This document shows, one piece after another, positions 18,918-32,770 of a stretch of 64,000 nt of DNA. The notes beneath the pieces are model-generated. The model was not told the DNA's origin. It was given only the letters and a program-made list of their open reading frames with translations, and did no database searches. How positions within the stretch are numbered: position 1 is the first letter of the stretch; every line of letters begins with the position of its first letter. Source of the DNA: Azolla caroliniana (taxonomy: Eukaryota > Plantae > Polypodiophyta); assembly GCA_043228905.1 (NCBI GenBank), contig JBHGNT010000017.1:5766001-5830000 (forward strand), read 5' to 3'. The position numbers and the translations under genes were made by a program.

Positions 18918-21900
18918 ATGATCAGATTATTGTTGGGCACCTGTACTCTCTGTCAAAAACCTTTAACCTTAGGCCTTTGCAAACCCATCGCTGCCACCAC
19001 GCAATGGCAACATCGCAACACCACCACGCCTTTCATGATTAGGGTTTATTCCTGTGTTTTTCATATATGCTCCATTTCTACTATGCTTAACGAGCCGCGT
19101 AGAAATGCATGCTTGGAACAAAGATTTCCCTATCGTGGCTGCTCTTTTGATGTCTTCAATTTCTGTAATCCTTTATCGGATGTGATGATGGAGCTGCCGT
19201 TGTTGGATTGCTTTATATCCATCGTTTTTACAACCTTAGAAACTGAAAATGCGAGAAATGAGGCCAAACATATGCAGATTTTCATATATTACTTTGGTTT
19301 GAACACTATCTACATGATCAAAATGCATCTCGTTCAGAAGTTCTCAGAATGCTTTGATGGTTTCCAAGTCCTAAACAAGCTAATCAAATGTACAGACGAG
19401 GATGGGTATGCGGGCCTCACATTAGAGGAGTGTGTAGAATCACATAGTTCTAGGCTACAGGCTCTAGTGAAATCCTGTGGAAGGTCAAAGGACCTTAATG
19501 AGGGCCAAAAGTTGTATTTTCACATTGTTGAGGAAGGGTTTGAGGTAGACAGTTTTCTTGGTAGTACTTTGGTAGATATGTATATCAAATGTGGTTCTCT
19601 TCTGGATGCAATTGTTGTCTTCAATAGCTTTCTAGTTCATGATGTGGTTCTATGGACAGCATTAATTGGAGGGTATTCTGAAAAGGGTTTCAATATAGAA
19701 GCAATGAATTGCTTGGTACGGATGAGATCAGAGGGATTATCTCCGAATGCTGTTACATATCTCTGTTGCCTGAAAGGTTTTCAAAGTATAGCTGATATAG
19801 AAAAAGCACATGAAGCACATGCTGGAATTGTAAAACAAGGATTTGAAATGGATGTTTCCGTTGGCAGTGCTTTGGTAGATATGTATGGAAAATGTGGTTG
19901 TGTTATAGAAGCACAAGTAATATTCAGCCAGCTTTCATCTAGAAATGCAATAACATGGAATACCTATATCACACTCTATGCTGAGAATTTGCATGGGAAA
20001 GGAGTTCTTAGCTTACTGTGTCAGATGCAATTTGAGGGTGTGTGCCCTGATGCTGTCACATTCCTTTGCAGCTTGAAAGGTTCTTCTATTGTTGGTTCTG
20101 ATGAAGATAGGGGCCAGCAAATACACATCGAAATTTTCAAACGTGGGCTTGAAGGACTACCCTCTCTTGGGAATGCTTTGGTGGACATGTATTCCAAATG
20201 TGGGCTTTTTTGGGAAGCTCATGATGTCTTCAATAGATTGTCTATCCAAAGTGTAGTGTCATGGACAGCACTTATCACTGGATATATCGAACATGGGTTC
20301 CACACCAAAGCACTAACATGCTTCAAACAAATGCAAGACAGGGGGGTGTCCCCAGATGTGATAACATTTGTTGGTTGCCTCAAAGCAGCAAGTAGTCAAA
20401 AAGATGCAAGAAAAGGTCAAAATCTTCATTTTCATATCATCAAGGAGAAGTTTGAAAGGGATATTTTCATTGGTAATGGCTTAGTTGATATGTACGGACA
20501 ATGTGGACTTCTTGTCGAAGCATATGAAGTCATTAGAGATATGCCTTTTAGAGATGTTGTCTCATGGAATGCTTTGCTTGCAGGTTTTGTGGAACATGGG
20601 TTAGGTGAAGAAGCTCTGACATGCATAAATCAAATGCTAGAGGATTCTATCCTTCCAGATGCTGTCACATTCATATGCAGCTTAAAAGCATGCAGCTGCT
20701 TGGGTGAAATTTCTAGTGGACAGAAAATCCATGCAGAAATTGCAATGGAGGGATATGAAATAGATTTATGCATTGGAAATACATTGATTGATATGTATTT
20801 TAAGTGTGGCTTGCTTATAGAAGCATGTGAATTGTTTGATGAACTGCCTGATCAAGACGTAGCCTCGTGGACTGCAAAAATCTCAGGCTATGCAGATCAT
20901 GGTTTTGGTGCAGAAGCATTAAATTGTTTCGAAGAGATGCTATCGAAGGGTTTCTCTCCAAATGTAGCCACTTTCCTCTGTGGCATGAAGGCATGTGGCA
21001 GTGTAAGAGCCATAGGAAAAGGTCAGATCTTACATGCTGCAATCATCAAGCAAGGTATTCTTATGGAGCAACCAATTGGCAGTAGTTTGGTGGATATGTA
21101 TGCAAAGTGTGGTTTCCTGGTTGAAGCATGTAATGTTTTTGACCAATTGCCTACGAGAGATGATGTCTCTTTCAATGCCCTCATGTGGGGTTATGCTGAA
21201 CGTGGTCAGAGTATTGAAGCATTGAAATGCATGGAACAAATGAGTTTAGAGGGTATCGTGCCTGATGGTGTAACTTTCAGCTCTATTCTGAAGGCTTGTG
21301 GAACTGTAGGAGACATACATCAGGGCCAAGAGATACATTCCGAGGTTGTTAAAAGGGCACTTGAAAGAGATGTTTTTGTTGGTGGTAATTTGGTAGATCT
21401 ATATGTTAAATGTGGCTTGCACAAGGAAGCACGTGCTACATCTGGCAAGTTGCTTGTTCGAGATATAGTAGCATGGAATACGCTGATTTCTGGTTATTTG
21501 GAGCATGGAGATGGTGAAGATGCCCTTAAATGTTTGATTCAGATGCATCAAGAGGGAGTATCACCTAATGAAATTACATATGTCTGCAGTTTGAAAGCAT
21601 GTGGCAATCTTGGAGCTCTACAAATAGGTCAACAATTACATGTTAATATTGTCAATGAGGAGTATGAAACTGATCCTTTCATTGGAAACACTTTGGTTGA
21701 TATGTACTCTAAATGTGGTTCACTAGTGGAGGCTCGGATGGTCTTTGACGACCTCTTGGATCGAGACATTATATCATGGAATGTGTTGCTTGCAGCGTAT
21801 GCTAATCAAGGACAGGGTTACTATGTGTGTGAATCATTGGAAAGAATGAAAACAGATGGGATTGAACCAAATGGAACTACATTGCTTAGTCTTCTTACCC

Positions 21901-22229
21901 TTTGTAACCATGTTGGCCTAATGGATACAGGTCAACAGTATTTTGTTGCTTCAAGTCGATACCATGCCTCTCTACTAACTATAGATCATTTTAATTGTAT
22001 CATTGATCTTCTTGGTCGCGCTGGTCAGCTTGACAACCTTGAGATCTTCTTGGAGAAGATGCCACTCCAACCTAATCGTGTGTCATGGAGTAGCGTGTTA
22101 AGTTCTTGTCGTAAATGGAAGAATATAGATCTTGCCCGGTGGGCTTTTGATTATGCAGTCAATTATAGCAAGAAAGAAGCTTCAACATTCATCTCAATGT
22201 CAAATATATGTGCAGAGGATTACATGTAG
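18918..22229 (+). CDS. PLS-class pentatricopeptide repeat protein with E domain (probable organellar RNA-editing factor)
   Basis: Repeated P-L-S triplets (GSTLVDMYIKCG, DVVSWNAL, PDAVTF..LKAC). Ends in HFNCIIDLLGRAG...MPLQPNRVSWSSVLSSCRKW...MSNI. No DYW domain. The true start or a 5' intron is uncertain. Confidence 0.93.
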   Translation: MIRLLLGTCTLCQKPLTLGLCKPIAATTQWQHRNTTTPFMIRVYSCVFHICSISTMLNEPRRNACLEQRFPYRGCSFDVFNFCNPLSDVMMELPLLDCFISIVFTTLETENARNEAKHMQIFIYYFGLNTIYMIKMHLVQKFSECFDGFQVLNKLIKCTDEDGYAGLTLEECVESHSSRLQALVKSCGRSKDLNEGQKLYFHIVEEGFEVDSFLGSTLVDMYIKCGSLLDAIVVFNSFLVHDVVLWTALIGGYSEKGFNIEAMNCLVRMRSEGLSPNAVTYLCCLKGFQSIADIEKAHEAHAGIVKQGFEMDVSVGSALVDMYGKCGCVIEAQVIFSQLSSRNAITWNTYITLYAENLHGKGVLSLLCQMQFEGVCPDAVTFLCSLKGSSIVGSDEDRGQQIHIEIFKRGLEGLPSLGNALVDMYSKCGLFWEAHDVFNRLSIQSVVSWTALITGYIEHGFHTKALTCFKQMQDRGVSPDVITFVGCLKAASSQKDARKGQNLHFHIIKEKFERDIFIGNGLVDMYGQCGLLVEAYEVIRDMPFRDVVSWNALLAGFVEHGLGEEALTCINQMLEDSILPDAVTFICSLKACSCLGEISSGQKIHAEIAMEGYEIDLCIGNTLIDMYFKCGLLIEACELFDELPDQDVASWTAKISGYADHGFGAEALNCFEEMLSKGFSPNVATFLCGMKACGSVRAIGKGQILHAAIIKQGILMEQPIGSSLVDMYAKCGFLVEACNVFDQLPTRDDVSFNALMWGYAERGQSIEALKCMEQMSLEGIVPDGVTFSSILKACGTVGDIHQGQEIHSEVVKRALERDVFVGGNLVDLYVKCGLHKEARATSGKLLVRDIVAWNTLISGYLEHGDGEDALKCLIQMHQEGVSPNEITYVCSLKACGNLGALQIGQQLHVNIVNEEYETDPFIGNTLVDMYSKCGSLVEARMVFDDLLDRDIISWNVLLAAYANQGQGYYVCESLERMKTDGIEPNGTTLLSLLTLCNHVGLMDTGQQYFVASSRYHASLLTIDHFNCIIDLLGRAGQLDNLEIFLEKMPLQPNRVSWSSVLSSCRKWKNIDLARWAFDYAVNYSKKEASTFISMSNICAEDYM

Positions 22230-22264
22230 ATATGATCAGACTGTCAAGAGCAAACAATTAAATG

Positions 22265-22311
<47 letters not shown>

Positions 22312-23593
22312 GCAGAGCGTGGGAACATCGATGCCCAATATATGATCAAGAAACCAGAGCATGGGAAATATCAGTCCCCAATGTATGTTTGAAAATCTGT
22401 GAATTCTGCAGAGGCATAAACTCCACAAGTTATAAACTGAGAATCTTTTATCCCGGACATGATCTACACATACCAAAACAGGTTGATGTACGTCATATTC
22501 TTCATCCAGAATTTGTACAAGCTGACACAATATTCTTTATTGAATTTTTAGCATTGACATTTTTGACAGAAGACTGCCTTCTCAGCAGGAGTTTCTGCTT
22601 CCTATGTGTAAGCATTGATAAATTCCTTTAATATGTGATGCCTAATTTTAGAGATACAATTTTGGGCTAGATTGATTAATTCTCTTATTTTCCACCAATC
22701 CTGATTCTTATATTACATTTGCTCTTTGGTACTTGAAGGTACAATACTAGTAAAGAGAGGCAATGTATATTTTGTAAAGTTTGGAAACAAACAGGGAACA
22801 AATCTGGCATGAAACCAATGAGCATGCATTTGAGGTGGCATTTTCTTAATCATGCTAGTTATTTTAGTTTGCTTTGGTTCATGCCAGAGAAAGTTATATG
22901 ATGAGATTTGTAATCAATCTGTGTGATTTTCCAGGCAAGTTATCTGAAATTTCGGATTCTTATTTGTGCTTTCCAATTTTGATAGGGAACATATTCTATT
23001 GAGCGGTCATGGATGCATGCAATATCCTTAAGGCAATAAGAAGCTGGTTTTAAGGTCACTGCAAGGATACAAAACCAGGAAATAATTTGAGGCATACAGT
23101 GAATTAATACACTGTATGATGAGTGGATTAATAATACATCTAGGCATATACAGTGAATTAGTAATTTGAGGCATAGACTATACAGAGCTCAGGTTCTCAT
23201 GAGCTGTATTTGCTGTATTTTTTCTGCTAAATAAATTGTCTTCCAGCCCTTCAAAAAGATTTATGTAAATTCTTCTTTATTGTTTTACAAAGCTATTCTA
23301 TGGATTGGTTGGGAGCTGTCATTAATATTTGACCATTTTGCACATAAGAAAGCAAGATGATCTCTTAACATTTATATTCTTCATGAAATAATTTACCAGC
23401 TAGCTGGGTTAGGTTTATATTAGAGGTTCCCAATATGAAAGTTATACAGGTATTAGTATAAACATTATCTTATAGTAAGTAGTGTTGATCAAGAGAAGCT
23501 TGTCCCTTTGTATGGATAGTCAAAAATTCCAGCCTCTTCGAACAAGTAAAAAATTTTCACCATCTTTTAGTATTGAGTTTTCGCAAACTTTTA

Positions 23594-26115
23594 CTATGGA
23601 GTCGCCAAATAAGTGCTCACATCTTCCAAACTAAAATCAAGAGACTTTATGTTCTGAATCAGAATTGGACTCTCCATTGTAACTGAGTTTCGTTTATTAC
23701 TATAGTTTACCTTTTCTCTACGTCTACTGGTTCTTTTCACTTCTTCTGGTGCAAATGACATCTTTTTATCATATACTGAAAGATCTGAAGGAAGCCTGCC
23801 AATTTCATTCTCTAAAGCTCTGACTTGCTCATGATGAAGCCTTTGTTTACTACCTTTTTTGTTCATGTTTACTTGCTTTAATTCCAACCGGTAAAGAGCA
23901 CATGCATTGTAATCCATGATTTCATATTCATACAAGTGCCACTCAAACTGTGAATCTGGCTGTGGATCCATGTAATACGACCTTTTAAGACCACCTAATT
24001 CTTTAATTATCTGTTTCCTTGATTCATGCCAGCCACGTCCATTGTAATCAGGCAGAGACCTCTGCTTTCTTGTTCCACTCTCGAAAGCTCTTCGTGGTTT
24101 ATCAAAGAAAAGCCATTCTCTTATAGCTTCTCCATAAAGTACAGAAATATCAAATAGGTCTGCAACAAAAAAAAAGAATTTTAAAGCACAATTAACACCA
24201 AATCATTCCAAGGTTTTGAAATTTTATATTTAAGCACTCATTAAATCGAAAATATTGCACTATCTTTTATTGGATGTTGTTGGGAAATATAGAGCTCTGA
24301 GACACCTTGTGGTCCCTGCCGAAAAACTTACCAACAGCACTACATCCATTTGGTGTCTTTCTCTCTTTTATTTTTCATATTTGGTTTGGACTTTAGTGAT
24401 GAGCCATGATTTTACTAGAACACCGCAAGGACTCTGTGTGCATGAGCTTCCGATCCGCACCAGACCTTACCAACTCTTTCTCTCTCATACTCACACCCTC
24501 CTACGAAAGAGAGTAGAAAAATGGCTAAAAGAACTTATAAATATACCATGAGCATTCCATGGTGACTTTGATGTGGCTGCGCCTTCACATTCAGGGATTC
24601 CAACCAATTTATGTTGGCTTTTTGCAGATAAGGCAGAGAAAAGAGGTCCATCCTTTAAATTGATTCCACCTGGCCTCACAACAGGAGTCTTTGCAATTAC
24701 ACCTTCACTTATAGCTAAGCTTGCATGAAAAGCACTACAATAATCTTGATACAAATCTAATCCATTAGCAGGTCGAGGACAATCCCAGAGAGCACATTTA
24801 GGTCCTAGGAAAGCAGATGGTGAAGAAAATGACATTTTTGGAAGTGACATATGAATTTCATCTTGTGCATAACCTATGCCACTGAAAAGAACTTTCGGCA
24901 CAAATGGTTCTTGTATGGAAAACGATGGCATTCTTAATTGTGCATCCAAAGACTCATCACAAAGTGGTGAAGATTCTGCTATGGTCTCTGATCTCAGCAG
25001 CCTTTCTACCACTTCCTCCTCTGGTGTTTGCTCATGAACATGCATGGCATTGACAGTGTACAGCTGCTGGGTAAAATATACACATAATAAGTTATAACTC
25101 ATCCTTACTAGAGATTATTAATAGAAAATAATCTTGAAAACATATCAAAAAGTGTTAATTTCATATGTTCTTTAATCTATATAGATACTTCACTGTTAGC
25201 TTTTTACCTCTTCAGTACTGCAGTAAGACAACTGATTCTGATGGCTGCCTAAAATTGGTTGTGTTAGGCAAGCTGCGAGGCTACTGCTGGCATCATCATC
25301 TTCTTCAGTTAATTGAAGAAGCCTTTTCATGTCACTTGACAACTCAGAAGAGCTTGGGGTTGCTACCTGCAAGAAATGAGACCTTTTTACACACCTCAGG
25401 GAAAACAAAAAATGAGTTGACAAACTTGTAAAAAGTAGACGATTGAGTGATCAAACAATCAGTTCTTTAGCACGTCTAAAGAACCTCAACAAGGGATCCT
25501 TTATTAATGAATCAATACAGTTGCAACAGTGCAAAAAAGTGTCCTGGAAATCCTTTATTTGCATGAAGCCATAAGAGATGTGCCTAACGAATTTTAGTAC
25601 ATGAAAGGATCAAACCAAAACGTATGCAACCTTGATTTTATATTCATGGAGCGACATGCCTATAGATCTTTTATTTGAATGAAGCAATATCATGAAATCG
25701 ATGCAGAAATCCTACAAATTCCTTCTTTACTTGAAGAGATAAGTTTGAATCCATGCAAATGTGTGCAACACTTAGTCCTAGATCCAAACGAAGATTCGCC
25801 GAGTGATCACTTCGATATATGAAGCAACACAATCGAAACAATAAGTCAAGAGATGCTTTCTGCACAAGATGCAATTTCGATGCACAGGGAAGCCAGCTTT
25901 GATACAAAGGACCTTACCAGGGAAGACGTGGCAGAAGAAGAGGAGGGGTTATGGAGCTCGGACTTCCATTCTCGAAGCATGAGGTGGAGCTGTTCTTCGA
26001 GGATGGCAAGGTCTGAGGTCCTGCACTCTCTCCTGGCGTTCTGGAGCTCGGAGAAGACACCCTGTAGGTCATTGACGCGATCCTTGGCTTCAGCTTTGAA
26101 AGACTTCCGGGCCAT
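23594..26115 (-). CDS. VOZ1: Vascular plant one-zinc-finger transcription factor
   Basis: Exons approx. 26115-25918, 25366-25208, 25066-24547 and 24159-23594. Motifs [81 protein letters not shown]. Confidence 0.92.
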
Positions 26116-27739
26116 AGAGAAAGAGAGAGCAGAGACAGAGACAGAGACAGAGAGCAGGAACCCTAAAAGTTCAGGAAAGCAACCCTAAAAGAGAGCAGAG
26201 AGCAGGAATTAGGGCTTTAGAAATGTTTTCTCTGTTTAGGTTTATTTAATCACGTGCGTCAATTTCACGCTACAATCGATAAAAAAAGCCAGAGAGAGAG
26301 AGTGAGAGAGAGCGCAAGAGCCCTAGAAAAAGCCCCAGCAGGAGCCCGAGATGGATGGATGTAGCTCAGTTGGTCAGGTTGCCCAATGTTGATTTGTTTT
26401 GTGTAGACTCTACCAATGTCCAGGTGTGTTTGCTTATGTCCATCCGTGAGTGCTGGTGTCCATTTGTTGGTTTGTGTATATGTCCATGTCCTTATGTCAT
26501 GTATGTGTGTGTGTGTTTGTATTGAACCACAAAGCCCTGAATTGCTTGAGAAGTCACCCTTGTTTGAGTTCATGGGAAGTGGTGAGACGTCACCCTGTGT
26601 GTGTGTGTGTGTGTGTGTGTCTCTCTCTCTCTCATGTCGAACCCTACTTCACATTTGCCTTGCTCGAGAATTGACCCTCATGTCTAATAACATGGGAGTT
26701 GTAAGAAGTTAACTTTGTGATAAAATGGGCCCATGAAGACCAAGATGATGCATGGCGCCAAATGTACTTGGTTACAATTATTGGTCCCATCACAAAATTA
26801 GAGAAGAATGGACGGGGGCAGCTGCCCTCACTGGACCATAGAGAATAAGAAGATGATGTATTGTCGCCCTTATGAGGCAAGTAACATGAACTTCGCAACT
26901 TGTGAATGGTGTTGCAAACAAACACTTTGTTGCTAACATAGAAGTAGTATTTTGATGGTTCGTTTGTTGCACATGTCAATTTTTCTATGTCAAAAAATTG
27001 TATGCTTCATTTGATTGACGAGAACGAGGATCCTTCGACAATAGCTTATACTTTAACATCATAGTGTGAGCTTCTCTTCATCTTCAACTCCCAGGTGGGG
27101 CAAGAGTTTGTAGGTGTGATGCTCTCTCCACGTGTGCCATTCAAAAAGTCATGATATTTGAATGGTCAATGGTGATGAAAATATGGAGTGATGTGCATTC
27201 CATGCATCATAACTTTTATGACATAGGGTTTATGTGGGGATGGTAGTATCAAACTTTACCTTCTCTCAAATGTTTTCTATCTAGAAAGAAGAGTGTTTGC
27301 ATACAAGTCATGACACAATGTCCATATATGTCTATCCTTCCACTCACTCTCTCTCTCTCTCTCTCTTGATCATTACTTATTTGTACTATGGACATGCAAT
27401 TGTAAATCAAAAGAGAAATTTACAAATATGTTGAGATGGTTGAGGACATGATACAACCTATAAAGTTTCAAAATTTTGGGTGCAACACTAGATTGCTATG
27501 GGGAAATATGATATGTTAGCTTAATTGAGAATTATGATAACTTAACTCAAATGGACTTTCAAGCAATTAAATGCAAAAAATATGATATGTTGTGGTTCTT
27601 TTTTACAAAATGCATTCCTACTTTTCCTATTGATCGTACACATAGGGTTTAACATTTAATTGAATGGATGGGAGAGGAAGCACGTGTTTGGTTTAGTGAT
27701 GTTTTTAATTGGTAGTGATGGTAGGTTGCAGCTATAATT

Positions 27740-30700
27740 TAAAATACGTTATAGTTAGGGGATTTTAATATGTGTTCTGAGGTGGGCCAATCTACTTCAA
27801 TGCATGGCTTGATGGATGCTCCTGAACGAGAGGTATGGGATTTGTTTATGATGGATGTCGTAAGGTATGCACACATCAAATTGTGGATGGTTTTAGAGCT
27901 TTATTGGGGAGACAACCATTGAGATTGAATTCATCTTTTCTTGGACATGATAAATTTAAGCATGCTATGGGACAATTGGTGGGGGAGTTTACAACACAAG
28001 TCAATGTCCACGGTGTTTCGTCATGGGATATTTGTCTTTCCAATATTCAACAGTTTACACGATATTATGGAATTTATCAAGCATCTATCCATAAACAAAA
28101 GATGAGTTTGTTACAACACTTTCTAGATAGATGTAATGCATTGTTAGTAAAGATTCCATTGGATGATGTGTTGTTGGATATTCAAGAGATATTGTCACAT
28201 TCCTTACAAGTATTAGAGGTTCGCAGTTATCAAAAATCACGAGTGATGGCTATGAAAAATGAAGTACATGATCACAACTATAATTCACATAAGTTTTACC
28301 ATGGATTGCAGGCATCTCATGCTAGAATGAATGTGGTAAATGTAGAGATTGATGGAACTTTGAATACAAACCCACAAGTGATTATTGATAATTGTGTTAA
28401 ACATTTCACGGCATAACACAGGCGCACTCGATGCTATTTAACTCAATCAAGGTGAGTGGTGGGCAACATGATATGATTGCATTAGAGGAGGATATAAAGG
28501 AGGAGGTGGAATATGTATTATCACATCTTGCAAGTGATAAAAGCCCGGGTTGGGATGGCATTACAAATGAGTTTTTTAAAACCTTTTTACATGAACTCAA
28601 AGCCCCTCTAACAATTATATTCCAAGAAATATGGAGTTCTGGTAAAATGCCGGATTCATGGAAACTTAGTCTGGTTAAACTTATACCAAAAGTTGCACCT
28701 CCTACGTCTTTTGCTCAATGGAGAGTGATATCATTAATGGGTGGGATGTATAAGATTTTTGCCAAAGTAATTGCAAATAGACTTCAAAAGGTGTTGTCGT
28801 CGATGGTCCATCCAATGCAATATGGGTTTATTAAGAGAAGGGACATCCTGCATAATATTTTGAATGTGCAAATGGCAGTGGATTATGCAAAGGAATCCAA
28901 ACAACAAATTGTAATGATACAACTCGACATCGAGAAGGCATATGATCATGTAAGTTGGTCTTTTATTACTCAACTTATGTCTCATATGGGTTTTGGGGAA
29001 AGGATGTCTCGAATATCATTTTTGGTGGGATTAGGTGCAGTCTCACACGTTATGTTAAATGCTGGAATTACTAAGGCAATACCATTGAAAAGATCACTTA
29101 GACAAGGATGCCCATTGAGTCCACTATTATTTGCAATTGCTACACACCCGATTTTGGTGAGGATGCATGAGTTGGCGACACGTGGGGAAATAGTTGGATT
29201 AGCTCTACCATCAGGGAAACATTTGATTGCCCAAGCATTGGCTGATGATTCATTTTTATTTCTCAAAGCAACACCTGATAACATAGCTAAAGCCATGGAG
29301 GTGTGGAATGTGTTCGCATTGGCATCAGGATTACATATAAATATGCAGAAGTCGATGCTTGTTAGATGCACTGAGAGTGATCTTGTGGATCTTGGATGGG
29401 GTGGCCAAATATTAGATCAAGGGAATGTGTGTCGGCACTTAGGTTACCCTATTGGTGTTGATATCTCATCATCACAAAGTTTGAATCGGATATCGGGAAC
29501 CATTTTGGACAAATTTATGTATTGGAAGTCTCAAGCATGGTCGTTTAGTACTTCATCTCAAAGTGGTACAAGCTATAATGATTCCAGTGATTTCTTATTT
29601 TTTGCCATTGTTACCGTGGACAAAGAAATCACTTGATCATTTAGCTCGTTCACTTAAATATACACTATGGAAGAAAGACACAAACCTTGGTATGAGTTGG
29701 GTATCATGGAACAATATTTGTACCCCAAAACGGTTAGGGGGTGCTGCTTTACTAAATTTAGAAGATCATATGGTGGCCCGAAGATTCAATCTTTTGAAAG
29801 ATATGTGCATAGGTACCCAACCTTGGGCAAAAATAATTACTTATTTTGTGGAAAAGGTTGGTATTTACCATGGGAAAACGAGAATTACAACTTCGTGGTG
29901 GCATGTTGTTAATAGTACCCGACAATTTAAGTGTTCAGAATCTAGTATGGTTCAACAATTGGTGCTTTCTTGGCAACAGTGTTTGAAGTTGTTTAATTGG
30001 AGGCCTCTTGAGTGCAAAAAATATATAAATTCATTGGCAACAGAGGTGTTAGCAGCTTCAAGGATATTACACTAGGAGGGAAAAGAAAGTTTAAATTCAC
30101 AATTCAATCGAATGGCAAGGCTAGGTTTGATAATTGTAGAAGATGGTATTTTAGAGTCATGTAGGAAAATGATGGCCTTTAGCACAATCAGAAATAAGTT
30201 TCATATACCACGTGGATATGGGTATATTTGGCAATCAATATTGGCATTGCCTACATGAGTTTTCCCAAATCCAGAGTTGGTGGTCGAGGAACCATGGAAA
30301 GATTGGTCATTTGGTAATGGGAAATCGATTTATGTGGTGCACACTAATTATGTGTACCATAAGTTGGTTGAAGATAGAGCTTGGTTAGAAAATAAGGTGT
30401 TGGATACATGGAGCATTACTAGAAATGTAAAGTGGTGGCATAGAGTTTTAGATGCAGGGTGGCAGTCTCATCTTCCATTCTGAGCAAAAGTGTTTCTTTG
30501 GCGTGCCATAGTTGGTGGGTTGCCTTTGGCGATGGCCTTAAAATGAAGACATATTTCAAATGGGACATGTTTTTTCTGTACGGTGTTTGAAGAATATGCC
30601 AGACATAGGTTCATTACATGTTCGGTTGCTAAGGCCATTTGGGTGATTATGTCAAAAAATTGGGCATCGATAACAGGGAATATTTTGTCACCTTATAAAT

Positions 30701-31050
30701 GAGTTTTTATGGATGAGGATAAAGTTATGCCCACACCATCATATAAGGTGGTTTTTTATTACCTTAGATATTGGGGGATGTGGTTTAATTGGACCATGAG
30801 AAATGAGTTCTTGTTTGATGGACTTCATGGGATAACACAACAAATCCATAGGATGAAAGGGAAATTAATTTGGCAATTTTCACAACTATGTTGTATGGGG
30901 ATCTTGTCCGAAGAGGAGATAGACTTATGTCATCTAGTTTTACAACACTTGAGAGGGTTCCCCTTGCACTATCACTATTTATGAAGTAGTGAAGATAGCA
31001 AGGGGTGTATTATCATTTTGTTTTAATAACAAACATTGATTTACGAAAAA
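27740..31050 (+). mobile_element. Degenerate LINE (L1-like) ORF2: endonuclease remnant, RT, zf-RVT
   Basis: LGDFN, KSPGWDG, LDIEKAYDHVSW, LRQGCPLSPLLF, LADD, RHLGYPIG, ICTPKRLGG and a C-terminal CxxC...H..C. Frameshifts and stops. Confidence 0.9.
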
Positions 31051-31287
31051 AGAGAGAGAAAGGGAGAGAGATGGACGTAGCTCAATTGGTAAGGTTGCCC
31101 AATGGAGACCAGATGGTCATGGGTTCAACCCTTACATTTCACAGTGGCATCTAGTGAATTAAGAGATATATATGAAGTATATAATAGAGAAAAATGAGAA
31201 AAATTGGGTTTCAAACCCAAGACGCAATGCTTGTAGTGTTAACAACTTACCACTAGGGTAAGCTAATTACGATAAAAAAGAGAGAGA

Positions 31288-31778
31288 GTCTGGCACTTGT
31301 TTCTTTTGCACCGTTCCATTGGAGGATAGTACACATAGGTTCATTAAATGTCCTATAGCGTGTACCATTTGGAAGTACTTATTGGACATTTGTCAAGTTT
31401 TAACCCGTTGTTGTTTGAGACCTCAACAATGGGTTTTTTCTCAATATGTTCAAAATGGATCAAATGATGAGATGGAGATATTGTTCCAATTTTTACATTA
31501 TTGGGGTCTATAACACAATTGGAATATGTGTAATGCTTTTATGTTTGATAATAGACATGGGGTGAAAGCATATATAAAGAAGCTTAAAGGTATTGTCATG
31601 TGGAATTTTTGGATGTTAGAGCATGTGGGGATCATTTCCTCAAATGCATATTCAGGTTTTTTAGTAGCATTATAGAACGTCCCTCTCCCTACATAGGCAT
31701 ATGATAGGTAAGGAGACTAAGAAATGTTGTAACTAAGTGGATTTTACATACAATTAATATAATTGTGTGCTTTTACCA

Positions 31779-31780
<2 letters not shown>
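31288..31780 (+). mobile_element. Second LINE 3' fragment (zf-RVT region)
   Basis: GTCFFCTVPLEDSTHRFIKCPIA, homologous to ~30560-30980. Confidence 0.7.
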
Positions 31781-31821
<41 letters not shown>

Positions 31822-32559
31822 CAACCCACGAACCGACAACACTTCGTCCTCCCAAAATCGGATGCCTAAAACAGGCTCAAGCCTCCCCTTTTATAGCACA
31901 AGGGGAGACTGTTACATCGTGATCGGTGTCAGAGATCCCCCCTTTTGATTTCTTCACATCAAATCCCCGCATTCTCTCTATGCGTGTGGGACTTTAAAGT
32001 ACCCTTTGATTCCTACTACCTAGTACTTACCAGTCCTATGCTATTTACATTATGTTTGTACATGTTTCTTGATTCATGTGTATCGGTGCACACACCCGTT
32101 CGCGCACGCTTGGCCTTGTTTCTCTTTATGGCCGGAATCCTTCACGACAACGGCTTTGGGAACAGGGGAATTGTGCGCCTCACCTGGTTTTATGTAATGA
32201 GATTTAACTATTGGAGGATCAAGCCAATAAGTCTTTCTCCATTCTATGCTTCCTTGAGAAAGAATATGTCTTTTATACCACCAAAATATAAGCTTTAAGC
32301 ATTCATTGGCATCAAATCATGTATAAGTTTGCCTTGTCAATATTACTTTGTCTCTTAATACAAAGCATCTATGGGTTGATGAAAGAATCAATACAAGAAA
32401 CTAATGGAATATGGTGTTATGTATATTCGGCTGGACAACTAGAGGGGAAGATAGGGTAGAATAGTTTTTTTAATGTCCACAAGGAGACCAAAAATTTTCT
32501 TCCATGAATGCTTTCTCACAAGCCTAAATAGCATTAGCATTAGAATTGGAAACAAGCTC

Positions 32560-32770
32560 TATGAATGTTGGAATGTAAGCTTTGGAGAAGAACTAGAAGT
32601 GGGAACTTGCTAGCTTACCAAAGTAAAAGAAAGCAATTGATTGTGAAAGGGTGTTCATTGTAAAACATGAAGAAGATGGATTTCTTGAGAGATATGAGGG
32701 AAGATTAGTGGCAAAGGGTTATACACAAACATATGGAATGGATTATTCACAAACCTTTGCCATGAAAGAC
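32560..32770 (+). mobile_element. Short decayed copia RT fragment
   Basis: WEL..LP..KKAI...RYEGRLVAKGYTQTYGMDYSQTFA. Confidence 0.7.
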
